From NCBI RefSeq assembly GCF_963921235.1, contig NC_086097.1, positions 154,630,001 through 154,694,000 of the forward strand: a DNA stretch of 64,000 bases, in the 5' to 3' direction. The notes beneath the pieces were generated by a model. It was given only the letters and a program-made list of their open reading frames with translations, did not search any database and had not been told where the DNA came from. The position numbers and the translations under genes were made by a program. This document shows, piece by piece, positions 12,018 to 26,800 of this stretch (position 1 is its first letter; every line of letters starts with the position of its first letter). The stretch is from Mobula hypostoma (Eukaryota).

Positions 12018-13835
12018 CAACATACATCAAAGTTGCTGGTGAACGCAGCAGGCCAAGCAGCATCTGTAGGAAGAGGTGCAGTCGATGTTTCAGGCCGAGA
12101 CCCTTCGTCCGGACTAACTGAAGGAAGAGTGAGTAAGGGATTTGAAAACTGGAGGGGGAGGGGGAGATGCAAAATGATAGGAGAAGACAGGAGGGGGAGG
12201 GATAGAGCCGAGAGCTGGACAGGTGATAGGCAAAAGGGGATACGAGAGGATCATGGGACAGGAGGTCCGGGAAGAAAGACAAGGGGGGGGTGACCCAGAG
12301 GATGGGCAAGAGGTATATTCAGAGGGACAGAGGGAGAAAAAGGAGAGTGAGAGAAAGAATGTGTGCATAAAAATGAGTAACAGATGGGGTACGAGGGGGA
12401 GGTGGGGCCTTAGCGGAAGTTAGAGAAGTCGATGTTCATGCCATCAGGTTGGAGGCTACCCAGACGGAATATAAGGTGTTGTTCCTCCAACGTGAGTGTG
12501 GCTTCATCTTTACAGTAGAGGAGGCCATGGATAGACATGTCAGAATGGGAATGGGATGAGGAATTAAAATGTGTGGCCGCTGGGAGATCCTGCTTTCTCT
12601 GGCGGACAGAGCGTAGATGTTCAGCAAAGCGGTCTCCCAGTCTGCGTCAGGTCTCGCCAATATATAAAAGGCCACATCGGGAGCACCGGACGCAGTATAT
12701 CACCCCAGTCGACTCACAGGTGAAGTGATGCCTCACCTGGAAGGACTGTTTGGGGCCCTGAATGGTGGTAAGGGAGGAAGTGTAAGGGCATGCGTAGCAC
12801 TTGTTCCGCTTACACGGATAAGTGCCAGGAGGGAGATCAGTGGGGAGGGATGGGGGGGACGAATGGACAAGGGAGTTGTGTAGGGAGCGATCCCTGTGGA
12901 ATGCAGAGAGAGTGGGGGAGGGAAAGATGTGCTTAGTGGTGGGATCCCATTGGAGGTGGCGGAAGTTACGGAGAATAATATGTTGGACCCGGAGGCTGGT
13001 GGGGTGGTAGGTGAGGACCAGGGGAACCCTATTCCTAGTGGGGTGGTGGGAGGATGGAGTGAGAGCAGATGTACGTGAAATGGGGGAGATGCGTTTAAGA
13101 GCAGAGTTGATAGTGGAGGAAGGGAAGCCCCTTTCTTTAAAAAAGGAAGACATCTCCCTCGTCCTAGAATGAAAAGCCTCATCCTGAGAGCAGATGCGGC
13201 GGAGACGGAGGAATTGCGAGAAGGGGATGGCGTTTTTGCAAGAGACATTTTAATTCCACATCCCATTCCCATTCTGACATGTCTATCCATGGCCTCCTCT
13301 ACTGTAAAGATGAAGCCACACTCAGGCTGGAGGAAAACCTTATATTCCGTCTGGGTAGCCTCCAACCTGATGGCATGAACATCGACTTCTCTAACTTCCG
13401 CTAAGGCCCCACTTCCCCCTCGTACCCCATCTGTTACTCATTTTTATGCACACATTCTTTCTCTCACTCTCCTTTTTCTCCCTCTGTCCCTCTGAATATA
13501 CCTCTTGCCCATCCTCTGGGTCACCCCCCCCTCTTGTCTTTCTTCCTGGACCTCCTGTCCCATGATCCTCTCGTATCCCCTTTTGCCTATCACCTGTCCA
13601 GCTCTCGGCTCTATCCCTCCCCCTCCTGTCTTCTCCTATCATTTTGGATCTCCCCCTCCCCCTCCAACTTTCAAATCCCTTACTCACTCTTCCTTCAGTT
13701 AGTCCTGACGAAGGGTCTCGGCCTGAAACGTCGACTGCACCTCTTCCTACAGATGCTGCTTGGCCTGCTGCGTTCACCAGCAACTTTGATGTATGTTGCT
13801 TGAATTTCCAGCATCTGCAGAATTCCTTTTGTTTG
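12018..13835 (-). mobile_element. Penelope-like retroelement, truncated, with inverted pLTRs
   Basis: Minus ORF 12647-13153 with Cys-rich linker and GVIY...YIGET (GIY-YIG endonuclease); ~555 bp inverted arms; 15-bp TSD agttcacaatttgtg at 12003-12017 and 13836-13850. Confidence 0.9.
13700..13737 (+). ncRNA. Minimal hammerhead ribozyme motif (Penelope pLTR)
   Basis: agtc-CTGACGA-agggtctcggcct-GAAA-c-GTC-gact. Confidence 0.65.
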
Positions 13836-14610
13836 AGTTCACAATTTGTGTTGAGATCCTTCATCAGTCCAGATGAAGGGTCACAACCCGAAACGTGACT
13901 ATCCAATTTCCTCCACAGATGCCGCCTAGTCCACTGAGCTCCTCCAACTGTTGCATTTTGCTTTATATCTGTACTTGCTAGTGATACTGGTAAAAAGCAT
14001 GAACTGAATCAGAACACCAGGCAATGATGGCTTGTGATCATTGAATAGGCAGAATGAATGGCCTCTTCTTGGTTTCACTGGGAGTTTCATTTGATTCATA
14101 CAGGATGTACAAAGCCTTGGTGTCTTACTTTACAATTGTAACATTCATCTGAATATACATCATAGTTTAGTCAGTTAGTGGGATAATAAAATTGATTAGA
14201 ATTTAAAGTCCATCAAAAAGATGTAACTTCTGAAAACGCTGCATATACTTGTCAACATAGTTTACTGAAATCCTAATGTTGGGGAATGAGGCAAACTAAC
14301 ACTCTGGAGCAATTTGACTCCGAGATGACTAAATAAATTGAATAACCTACCTCTGCAACTATACTGATATGGGTTTCTCTTTTTTTTTACTTTTAACTCT
14401 GTTCACTGATCCTTGCACATGCGCAGATAATCTTTCAGAGGAATCGGTGGCAAAAAAAAATGCTGCAGAATAAACAGAGGCAATATTCATATTTGTTACA
14501 CTGTATCAAAATGTTTGAAGGAAAGCAACCAATGTATAACCAGTATTGCTCAGATGTGATTAACTGGATGTGATGAAAAGAATATTATGAATAAATCTTC
14601 TGCATTCTAG

Positions 14611-14664
14611 GGCCCTGAAGGTGCGCATGGTAGAAATGGAGAACCAGGCATCAATGGCGCCAAA
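14611..14664 (+). CDS. Collagen exon, 54 bp, GPEGAHGRNGEPGINGAK
   Basis: ttctag|...|gtaatt. Confidence 0.9.
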
Positions 14665-15140
14665 GTAATTATTTTGTCTTTTTCATATTGCTTACGTACA
14701 ATTTGTGTTATTCTTTGTATGATTCATTGCTTATCAGGGTCTTTTTGTTTATAAATGATGAACATATGTGACAATGACGCAGTAATCTAATTGAAATTTT
14801 GTATAAAACATAAACAGGTGATTTAAGGGAACAAAACTTTTCATTTGCAAACTTTTTCATGTGTATACATCCCATTACAGCATCCCCTGACCTTCTAGAT
14901 TTTAGAATTATTATTATAGTTGAGCACAGTTTTATTGTTCTCCAACATCCAGATTCCAGAGCAACCAGTAATTAGCAAGACTTGACAGTCTTGGTGAATT
15001 TGCTACTCCATGAATTAAAACAAAGAGGAGATAGCTCCCACAGAAAAGAACTAACTTCATGGAAAATGATAAACCAAATCCTCTGATTGTGACAGGATTC
15101 TGTGCATCAAAGGCTTTAACAGTGATTTGTTTCTCTCCAG

Positions 15141-15194
15141 GGTCCAGAGGGACCTCAAGGACAGCATGGTGCTCCAGGACCTAAAGGCGAACCT
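15141..15194 (+). CDS. Collagen exon, 54 bp, GPEGPQGQHGAPGPKGEP
   Basis: ctccag|...|gtaagt. Confidence 0.9.
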
Positions 15195-16699
15195 GTAAGT
15201 ATTTATTTCTATGCTAACTACAATACTGAAATAAATATACCATTAAAAGTGATACATAATTTTCTTGTTTTTCGTAACGTGTGCTTGAAGATGCTTTGTT
15301 TTCTTTCCCTTTCTACACATACAACTTTCTAAATGAAACATATATTTCTTTCCAACACATGAGGCTGGAGCTGCTATAGGCCACTCACCCGCAGAAGTCT
15401 GCTTCACCGTTCAATAAGGTCAAGACTGATCTGATTGCAACCTTATTTCCACATTCCCATCTGCCTGTGGTAACCTTGACACTTTATTTCTTGTATATCT
15501 ATATACCTTGGCTTAAGGTATATAGATATACAATATGCAGACTCTGCTTTGAATCCCTTTAAAGAAGACACTTGAATTGAATTAAATTTGAATTTATTAC
15601 TTACATCCTTCATATACATGAGGAGTAAAAATCTTTATGTTACGTCTCTGTCTAAATGTGCAATGTGCAACTTATAATAGTTTATAATAAATAGTATGTA
15701 CAACAGGACAGTAAATATAACATAGAAATACTATTGTATCAGCATGAATTAATGCATATATTTCTGACCCATTGAGTTATTTTGAAACAATAACCTTACT
15801 TCTAGATTCTCCATGTTCCTGAGGACCTTGGATTTGTAAATTTCTGAAGCATCCCCTGCCACGTATTGACTACTACAGCATTTGTCTGAGTGGTGAAGAG
15901 GAAAATTTTGATCATGAGCCAAAAGCAGGAGGTTGTGTAAATGACTGCTTTTAGATACTCCAGTTCTGTGGAGATGTTCCACCAAAGTCCCTTTGGAGCT
16001 TACACATTAAAGAAATTTACCTTCTAACCATTAAACTCTAAGGAGATAAAGTTTGGAAAGGCGGTGAGAAATTTGAGGTTAGGGTTTTCTCTGGCACAAG
16101 TGAAGATGAATTTCTGTCCTTCTGGGCCAAGGCTCTGACATGCTCAGTGGATTACCTCATAACACACAGCCTGCCATTTCAGACAATGGAAACATGGTGA
16201 CATGCAGAACCTTAAAGAGCAGTAGCTGCTTTAAAGAGGCAAATGTGCCCAGATGGATGTTTTAGCCAACTAAATAAAGGGCTGTATGAGGCACTTAAAG
16301 TGAAAGTAGAGGACTGATGGGCACATTAAGCACCCAAAGGCAAATTTTCAGACTACTTTCATGTACCTTACTTTGGTCACTGTTGTAAGTGGCAGTAGGG
16401 ATGGAAATTGCCTGTATCTCCATGCTATTTACATACAAAAATCAGGCTTATGCCATCTGGTTTGAATAGATCATGCTATGGCAGAAAATGCTAGCATTGA
16501 GAGTTGTAATTTATTTCAAGGGCAAGCTACCAAAGAGAGGCTAGTGTTTGAAATGTGTACAAGACAGAAGCACTGAAATAACTATACAAAATTGTTTTCT
16601 GAGTGTGTGTTATATGGTGAGGTCGTGTTCTTTATTAATTTTTAATGACTCAAATGGCTGTGGTAGTGGCATTTGATATCACATATCCCGTTATCTACC

Positions 16700-17012
16700 T
16701 TTACTGCCCCTCCTCCTTCCCTTCCTCCTATGTTCTACTGTACTATCCTTTCAGATTTCTTCATCTCCAGCCCTTTATCTTTCCTCCCACCTGGCTTCAT
16801 TTGTCACCTTCCAGCTATCCCTCTCCTCCTCTCCCCCCCCATCTTTTTTATTCTGGCATCTCCCCCCTTCCTTTCCAGTCCTGAAGAAGGGCCTCCACCA
16901 GAAACATTGACTCTTGTTCATTTCCATGAATGCTGCCTGACCTGCTGAGTTCCTCCAGCATTTTGTGTATGTTGCTTTGGATTTCCAACATCCATAGAAT
17001 TCCTTGTGTTTA
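16700..17012 (+). mobile_element. Older Penelope-derived pLTR/SINE-like remnant with degenerate hammerhead motif
   Basis: Pyrimidine-rich body, agtcCTGAAGAagg...GAAAcattgact, tail tgctgcctgacctgctgagttcctccagc; boundaries approximate. Confidence 0.55.
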
Positions 17013-17877
17013 GAATTTGATTTTTTTTAGAAATCCAATAAGGAACAAAAAGGAAGATTAGGGCAAACCAGAATAGATGGAGATTAACATTAATGAATTT
17101 ACTGTTGTTTTGTGGTGTTTTATTGATTCAACTTTCACACATTGTCATGTCTCTAATCTCCATGCTATCATTACCAATAGGAACATCATAGTAGTATACC
17201 TCTCAAATGATTGGTTCATCCTCAAACGAGTTATAACTAAACCAGAACCTGCCCGCTTGCCTCTGGAAGAAAGCAAGAAATGCTTTCTCTCTCTCTCCCC
17301 ATACATGCATTTGTTTAACAAAGTTCTTGATTAATTTAACTGATTGGCTACCTTCCAGTGATTTTGCAAGTGATACTGACATATGGTACCATCAATGCTG
17401 GTTAATTAAACCAAAGAAATTTGAATATTTTGTCTAAAAATCAAACTTCTGCATGTGCTGTGAGCTGTTTGATTCAAGCAAGATGTTACACCATGGAACA
17501 AATAAAAATGCTCAAACCACAGAATTTCCAGTCCAAAGAATGGAAACAGTAGAGGGTTGGAGGAAGTGGGGTAAAGAGTTTACACACCATATTGAGCTGA
17601 TTATGCAAGATAAACCAGAACAGATGAAAATAAAGTTGCTGTTATGTCTTATTATCTCATTAACCTAAGGCAGAGAAATGAACTGTAGCATAAAGCCTTT
17701 CAAATTTTACTCTAGAAATGTTTTTTGATATGCCGTTAGCTCATTTCAATTCACCTATGAATGAAACTGTGGATCTTCACTATTTTTATTCTTGCTTTCA
17801 AGAACACGAACAAACTTCTGATACTTAACAAGAGTCCAAACTGATAAAAGACCATTTCAAGCTTTGCAACTTTGTAG

Positions 17878-20800
17878 GATTCAAAGTACAAAGTAAAATT
17901 TATTATCAGTGTACATACATGTCACTAGGTACAACACTGATATTCTTTTTCTGCGGCCATACTTAGCAAATCTATCTATAGAATACATAACTGTAAACTT
18001 TAAACATCAGGAACTATAAACTGTAAACAAACTGTGCAAATCCAAATATAAATTATAACATAAAAAACAATGTAATAGAGCTCTTAAATGAATGTAGTTA
18101 TCTCCTTTTGTTGAAGAACCGGATAGTTGAAGAGTAGTAAAAATTCCTGAAACTGGTTTTGCGAGTCCTAAGGCACCTATACCTTCTACCTGATGGCAGC
18201 AGCAAGAAAAGAGGATGGCCTGGATGGTGAGGATCTTTGATGATGGATGCGGCTTTTCTACAGCAATGTTTCAAGTAGATGTGCTCAATGGTTGGGTGAG
18301 TTTTCCCATGATGTAATAGGCCAAATCCACTACCTTTTGTAGGAATTTTCGCTCAAAGGCATTGGTGCTCCCATAGCAGGCTGTGATGCAGCCAGTCAGC
18401 ATATTTTCCACCACACACCGACAGAGTTTGCCAAGGTTTTTGATGACATGCCAAACCTTCTGAGGAAGTAGAGGTGTTGTGTGCTTTATTCGCAATGTGT
18501 CCAGGATAGGTCCTCTGAGATAGTAACACCCAGGAGTTTAAAGTTACTGTCCCACTCCACCTCTGATTCTGTGATGATTACTAGCTCATGGACCTCTGGT
18601 TTCTCTCTGCTGAGGTCTACAATCCGTTCCCTGGTCGTATTGACATTAAGTAAGAGGTTGTTATTACACCACTCAGCCAAGTTTTCAATCTCCCTTCTAT
18701 ATACTAATTCATCACCCCTTTTGATACAGCCCACAACAGTGGTGTCATCAGCAAACTTGTATATGGTGTTGGAGCTATACTTAGCCACACAGTCAGAGGT
18801 GTAAAGTCTGTAGTGTAGGGGGTTAAGCACACATCCCTGCAGTCCTCCTGTGCTGATGGAGGTTGTGGAGGAGATATTTCTGCCAAACCAAATTGACTGG
18901 GGTATACAACTGAGGAAATCCAGGATCGAATTGCACAATGGGATATTGAGGCGCAGGTCTAGGAGTTTACTGAGTTGTTTTGAGGGGATGATAGTGTTAA
19001 ATGCCGAGCTGTAATCAATAAAGAGCATCCTGATGTATGCATATCTTTGCTGGCCAGATGTTCCAGAGTTGTGTGAAGAGCCAATGAGATAGCATCTGTT
19101 GTAGGCCTGTTGCTTTGGGGGGGGGCTAATTGGAGTGGATCCAAGTCACCATTCAGACAGGAACAGCTATGCTTCAACACCAGCTTCTCAAAAACACTTC
19201 ATCACTGTGGATGTAAATGCCACTGGGCAATAGGCGTTTAGACAGGTTACCATGCTCTTCTTGGGCACTGGTATGCTTGTGCAGCTTGGTACCACTTCCT
19301 TCAGGAGCAAGAGGATGAAGATATCTATCAATACACCGGCCAGTTGGTTAGCACAGGTCTTCAGAACTTGGCCAGGTACTGGGTGCTCTCCTGGAGTTCA
19401 CTCTCATGAAGGCAGTCCACACGTCATCTTCAGATACTGATACCAAGGGATCATCAGGAGACATGGGTGTGTGCAATGGTTTCTCCCTGTTCAGGTGGTC
19501 AACGTGAGCATAGAAGGCATTGAGCTCATCTGGAAGCGAAGCTCTGCTGTTTCTATGTTGCAAGATTTAACTTTGTAGATGTTTATGGCATTCAAACCCT
19601 GAGACAGCTGTCGATCGTCCCTCATTGGTTCCAGTCTAGTCCAGAATCTATATTTTGCCCAAGAGATGGCTTTCCGGAGATCATACCTGCACCTCTTGGG
19701 GCATTCTTGATCTCCAGACTTGAATGCTTCTGATCTGGATCTCAGCAGATTCTGGATTTCATTGTTCATCCAGGGCTTCTGACTGGAGAAATCCCTGAAT
19801 GATTTTGTGGGGGACACACTCATCCACAGTTGTTTTAATGAAGTCTGTAATGACCCTGGTGTAGTCATTCAGGTCCTCAGATGAGTTCTTGAGCACGGCC
19901 CAGTCTATTGACTCAAGGCGATCCTGTTACCATTCCTCCACCTCCTAAGGCCACCCTTAGTTAACTTGACCTCTGGAGCTTTGCTGTTTAGGCTCTCTCT
20001 ATATGCAGGTAGCAGGAGTACAGCCAAATGATCTGACTTACCAAAATACAGTCTTGGGAAGGAATGATAGGCACTTCTTATTGTAGTGTAGCAGTGGTCT
20101 AGTGTGTTAGGAACATTGGAGCAATAGATTCTGTGCTGGTGATAATTGGGCAGGATTTTCTTCAAACAGGGCTGGTTAAAGTTGCTGAGTATAATTTGAA
20201 ATGCATCGGGATGGGCCGTTTCTTTCTTTTTTAAATTTTATTTAATTTTTTAAAGAAGAAATATAAGGATTCAATTAATACAACAATTAATACATATTGA
20301 AAAAAAATAATTCAAATATATTAATAAGTCAGAGAGAAAATAAAACACCTATCCCAACACCATCTCCCCGCATTTAGGAAAAAGGAGGGAGAAAAAAAAA
20401 ACATAAAAGACAGAGGAAAGAAAGGAGAGAAGAAAAAAGAAAAGAGAAAAAAAAAGAAAAAAAGAAGAGTAGGCATCCAGCTCTCGGAGTCAGTTTAAAA
20501 TACAAATTAAAGAAACTAGCTTATAATAAGGGATATATTAATTTTTAAAAATTAAAATAAATAAATTAAACCATCTGGGCATTTAAGTAATCGAAATACG
20601 GTTGCCAAACCTCAATAAACACAGTGTATCCATTCCTAAGGGTATAAGTAATCCTCTCAAGGGGTATACAACTTTGCATTTCTTTATTCCAACGATCAAT
20701 ATGTACAAGGGAATCGGATTTCCATGTTACCACTATGCATTTCCTGGCCGCTGACAACGCAATTTTAATAAATTTGGATTTATTCCTGGGAAGGTTAACT

Positions 20801-23800
20801 TTCAAAATTGCTAAGTTCCCCAGAAGAAATAATTCTGGGTCTAGAGGGAAATCCATCGCCAGAATCTTTCCCAGTACCTCCTCCAGATCTATCCAAAAAG
20901 ATCTCAGTTTCGTGCATAGCCAGGTGGAATGCAAAAAGGTACCAACATCTATGCCACACCTGAAACACTTGTAAGAAATTTCTGGTTTATTTTTATGTAT
21001 TTTTCAGGTGTGAGATACAACTGACGTAAAAAATTAAAATGTATCATTCCGTATCTAGAGTTGATAAGAGTGGTAACACTATCCAAACATAGATGTGACC
21101 AACATTGATGATCAATTACAATGCCCAAGTCCGACTCCCATCTCTCCCTCGATCTGTATATACCAAGCTTTGGGCATTGGTCCTGGAATAAAGAATACAT
21201 ATTAGAAATAAATTTAGTTGTATTCCCCTTTCGAATTTGAATCTCCATGTCTAAGCAACTTGGTAGGGCCAGTGATGGACCCAATCAGTCCCTCAAAAAA
21301 GATCGTAATTGGAGATAGCAGAAGAATGGGTTATTAGATAAATTATATTTATTTTTAAGTCCCTCAAAAGACATAAATTGTTTCTGCTGATTATAACAAT
21401 CTTCAATGCACCTGATACCATGTTGATACCAGGTGACTAGAAATTTATTACCCAGAGTCATGGGTATTAATCTATTCTGAGATAGAGGCGTCTTTGAGGA
21501 TATTTCTTTTTTTAGACCCATAAATTGTTTAATTTTTTTCCCAGATATAAATTACATGTCTCAGTAGAGGATTGTTTGTTTTCTTTTTAATTAAATTTGA
21601 AGTCCCATTTATATATAAATTCTTCTGCCATCTCTTCTCCTACCATATGTAAGCCAATTGTAACCCAAGAAGGAACAGTTGTCTCATCAAAAAAAAGCAA
21701 TAAAACGTGCTTGTGCAGCTAAATAATATTTTTTTAAATCTGGTAATTTTAACCCTCCCAATTTATAGTCCCAGGTCAATTTTTCCATGGAGATTCTAGA
21801 TATTTTACCCGACCATAAAAATAGACGAATATGTCCATTGAAGATCTTTAAAAAATTATTCAATAATGGGATAGGTAAAGACCGAAAAAATTACTGAAGT
21901 CTTGGCATTATCTTCATTTTTATACAGTTTACCCTGCCCATCAGTGTGATGGGAAGGTTTATCCACCTACGTAGGTCCTCCTCGACATTCCGCAGCAAGG
22001 GGAGATAATTAAGTTTATAAAGGTCATCTAAATTACGATTAAACTTAATCCTCAGATATTTCATGTTGAATTTAACCCATCTAAACTGAGTACCATATTG
22101 ATATTGGGCATAGTCTCCTCTACCTAAAGGTAAAATTTCACTTTTATTCCAATTTATTTTATATCCCGAGACTATACCATAATTGTCCAGCAAGGCCCTA
22201 TGTCTTACCAAAGAGCTGGCCAGGTCAGCCAAATATATTAAAATGTCATCAGCAAATAAATTTATTTTATATTCTTCCTGGGCCACCTTAAACCCCTTTA
22301 TGTCTGGATCCCATCTAACAGCCTCAGCCAATGGCTCTATTGCCAGAACAAATAGAGCTGGAGAGAGTGGGCAACCTTGTTTACTAGATCTATGTAGAGA
22401 GAAAACTGGTGAAATCTGCCCGTTCGTAATTATTTTGGCCTTAGACTGATGGTAAAGTGCTCTTATCCAATTTATGAATATTCGGCCTAGACCAAATTTT
22501 CCCATTGTTTTAAATAAAAAATCCCATTCAAGTCTATCAAAGGCCTTTTCAGCACCTAAAACTACTGCTACAGTCGGGTCCACCTTCATCCTAGCTAAAT
22601 GTAATATAGTCAATAGTCTGCCAATATTATCAGATAATTGTCTATTTTTAATAAATCCTGTTTGATCAGATTTAATCAATTTTGGCATATAGAGAGCTAA
22701 TCTATTAGCCAATGCCTTTGCTATAATTTTATAGTCCACATTTAAAAGTGAGAGAAGTATATAAGATGCTGGTTTTAGCGGATCCTTATCCTTCTTAAAA
22801 ATTAACGTAATAATTGCTGTTGAAAAGGATTCCAGTAGAGTATGGGTCTCCTCAGCCTGAGTCACAACCCTCATAAAAAGGGGCATTAATTGATCCTTAA
22901 ATTCTCTATAAAATTCAGGGGGAAAACCATCATCTCCCAACGATTTATTAACCTGCAATAAGCCTAGGGCTCTTTCAATTTCATCCCTAGAAAAGGGGCA
23001 TTCAATTCTTCCTGATCTTGTTGACTCAATTTGGGAAGTTGTAAATTAGACAAGGAATCATCAATTTTAAGTTAGTCACCCACTGATTCTGATTTATATA
23101 ATTCTGAATAGAACTGCTTAAAAGTATCATTTATTTCTTTTGGCTTGTATGAAATCTTACCTTCCCCTGTTTGAATCGCATTTATTGTTCTGGAGGTTTC
23201 TTCCACCCTCAATTGCCAAGATAGTACTTTATGGATTCTCTCTCCTAATTCATAATATTGTTGTTTTGATTTTAGTATCATTTTTCTATTCTATAGGTTT
23301 GTTTTGTGTTATACTCTAATTTTTTATTTATTAATTTTTTATAAATTTCCTCTGTTGTTAAATTCCGACAATCTTTTTCTAATTGTGTTATTTCTTTCTC
23401 CAATTCATTTAATTCTGTTACATATTTATTTTTTATACCCTTAACATATCCAATTATCTGTCTCTTAAGTATGCTTTTAATGTGTCCCATAATAAGAAAT
23501 TATTGGCAGTAGAGGGTGAGTTCATCTCACAGGACAATTCTACTTGAGCTCTAATAAAACTACAAACTCTGGTCTTTTCAACAGCAAAGGATTAAAATGC
23601 CATCTATATAATGTTTTTAGTTTATCGGGCATTTCAATTGATAAAATTAAAGGTGAATGGTCCGATAGTAGTCCAGCAGCATGTTCTGTTTGAATGATCT
23701 TACTTTCTAATTTAGCTGATATTAGAAATAAGTCAATTCTAGAGTAGGAATCATATTGTTTTGAATAGAAAGAGTAGTCTCTTTCCCTGGGATGCTGCCA

Positions 23801-26800
23801 TCTCCAAGCATCTATTATATTCAAGTCCTTCATGAAGGCCAGGGTGGTTTTTGCTGCCCTGACCTTCACAACTTTTTTAACTGATCTATCTAAAATTGGA
23901 TCCAGACAAAAATTGAAATCCCCTCCAATTAAGATATTTTCATATCGTTGAACAACTTCCAAAAAAATATATTGGATAAATTGCTCGTCGTCATAATTGG
24001 GGCATATAAATTCAAAAATGTCCAGGATTCTGAATATATTTGTCAATTGACCATAACAAATCTCCTGGCCGGATCTATGATAGTACCCTCCACCCTCACT
24101 GGCAAATTCTTCCCCATCAATACTGCCACTCCTCTGGCTTTAGAATTAAAGCAGGACACTATTACTTGATCAACTTATCCTCTCTTTAATTTGTTATGTT
24201 CTGTCACTGTAAGATGAGTTTCTTGAAGAAAGGTAATATCAACAATGATTTTTTTTTAAAGATATGCTAGGACCTTTTTCCTATTTTGTTGGTCCATTTA
24301 TCCCATTAACATTAAGACTTAAAAATTTAATTCATAGTTATCAGATTTTATTGATTGATAAATCCTGTCCACAAAAAAAAGTATAAATTAATCCCACTTC
24401 CTTGAGTGACTCTGAGATATTTGGTGCCATTCTCAATAGAGTATAGAAAATAGAAAGGAAACGAAGGAGGAAAGAAAATAAAAGAAAAAAATTTTTAAAA
24501 AAGAAAAAGAAAGGGAGAAAAACCCTCCCAACTGGCGCTCCAAGACCACAGCGCCTTAACCCCTCTTACTGTGGGGTCCGATAAACATCGCACTAAAGAT
24601 GGACATTCTTTAACATATAACATAATTAATCTTCTTTTTAAAAAAAGATGAAAAAATTGTCCACTCCCCCAATAACTCCTTAATTAAACATCTGTAAAAA
24701 AATTTATATTCCACACCCATTATTACTAAATATCTAACTTAATCTATAATATTGAAAGTAAATATCATTAATATAGCAATATATCTGAATAAAGAATAGA
24801 ATTCAAAGAAACTTACTAAACATAACCTAAATATTATAATATTATAATATAATATTATATTATCCAGCATACCAAAAGTCAAACATATCAAAAGATAACT
24901 ACATAATCAAAACTATTCATACCAGTTGTAACAAAATTAGATGAACTATATACTGTAGTTCCTAAGTAGTATAATTCAAAAAGACCATCAATAATCAATA
25001 TTTTAAATCATAATAGTCTTCATCCATAGTCATAAATTCAAGATTATAGTTGTTAAAATTAATCTACATTTTAACATTTTTATTAATTATTATTGAAAAT
25101 TGACAACAAAAATATATTAAAATAATCATCTATATATCAATATGTATAATAAGAGTCAAACTATTAACCAAGCTAAACAGTATATCAATAATAATAATTT
25201 AAAAAAACAAAATGTTAAAGATATTTTATTTTTCTCCTCCCTCCATCCGACAGAGTAATTCTCTGCTTTGCTGGATATAATAAAGAATATTGAAGACCTT
25301 TATTCTTTAAGAACACCCTTGTTAAGTCAAAGTCTTTCCTTTTTCTTAACAAGGCCACACTAATATCTGAAAAGAAGAATATCTTTCCCCCTTCAAACTC
25401 TAGTAGGCTATTTCTCTCTCTGGCCTCTACTGTTGCAGCTCGTAATACTTTTTGTTTATCTTGATACTTCAAAAAGCATATAAGTATAGAGTGCGGCCTT
25501 TGCTCTGGAGGTGGCCGGGGGATTAAAGTCCTCTGGGCTCTTTCTATTATTAATTCTTTGTCAAAATGCTTTTTCCCCAGAACTTCGGGGATCCATTCTT
25601 GAAAGAAAGTTACTGCGTCTCATCCTTCCAATCCCTCTTTTAAACCCACTATTTTGATATTATTTCTTCTGCTATAGTTTTCAAAGGAGTCCAGTTTATC
25701 CATTATTTTTACTTTCTCAGTTCTTCAGGAATCTTTTTCTTTTTCCAGGCTTTGTAATCTATTCACAACATCCTTCATATTATTTTCTAAATCCTGGGTT
25801 CGCAAATTTAAAGATTCCAAAGTCTGCTTCATTTCCTTAGATTCTTGCATGATAAGGTCTAAATGTCTCTCGAATTTGTCCATCCTGCCGGTTAAAGTCC
25901 GGACTGCATTGGCCAAGTTGTGAATCGCAGCCGCGAGGCCAACACCCAAGCCGCTGCCATCCCCGGACTCTCCGCAGGCTCAGAGGAACCATCCGACGAG
26001 CAGGCCTCACCACCATTGCTCCCGTGTCCCTCAACTCCAGATGTTCCCGGGAGTGCAAGGTCGGCAGCGATAACACCGGTAGGATTTCCACGATTTTTCC
26101 TTTTAACCATTGCTTTTATTAAAGTTATATGAGAAACTTATAAACCGGTTGTAAAGAAGTTTTTGTAGGAGTTACTCAGGGAAGCGCCCGATCAATGGCA
26201 CGACATCACGTGACCTGGTTGGGCCATTTCTTGTTTACAGACAACATTGTGCAGTTTCATGAGTGCTTGCTTATAACCGACTGCTGGTGGTATGTAAACT
26301 GCGGTCAGGATCTTGGATGAGAACTCTCGAGGCAAATAGAATGGTCTACATCTAATCGTTAGTCATTCTACTTCAGAGGAACAAGACGTCGACATAACCC
26401 CAATGTCTGTGCACCAGTGAGAATTGACTAAAAAATGTACTCCACCACCTTTTTCCTTATCAGAATTTGCAGTTTGATCTATTCTGACAATCGTAAAACC
26501 TTCTGGTCACCTAGCTGCATCCGGTATATTCACCGTTAACCAAGTCCGAGTGCAACTAACAATTGAGATCAGCCTCATCTGCCTCTGATACAGCAGCCTT
26601 GCCCTGAGGTTGTCATTCTTATTTTCAAGTGACTGTACATTCGCCAACAATATGCTCAGAAGAGGAGGCCTCAATTACGCTGTGCTTCAGCCTGGTTTGA
26701 ATCCCGCCTCTCCTGCCGCATTTTCAGCCCTGGCCGTGGCATTGTCCACGTTTAACCATCGAACGTGAGATTGGAAGATCACTGATGTAGTTTCATAGCC

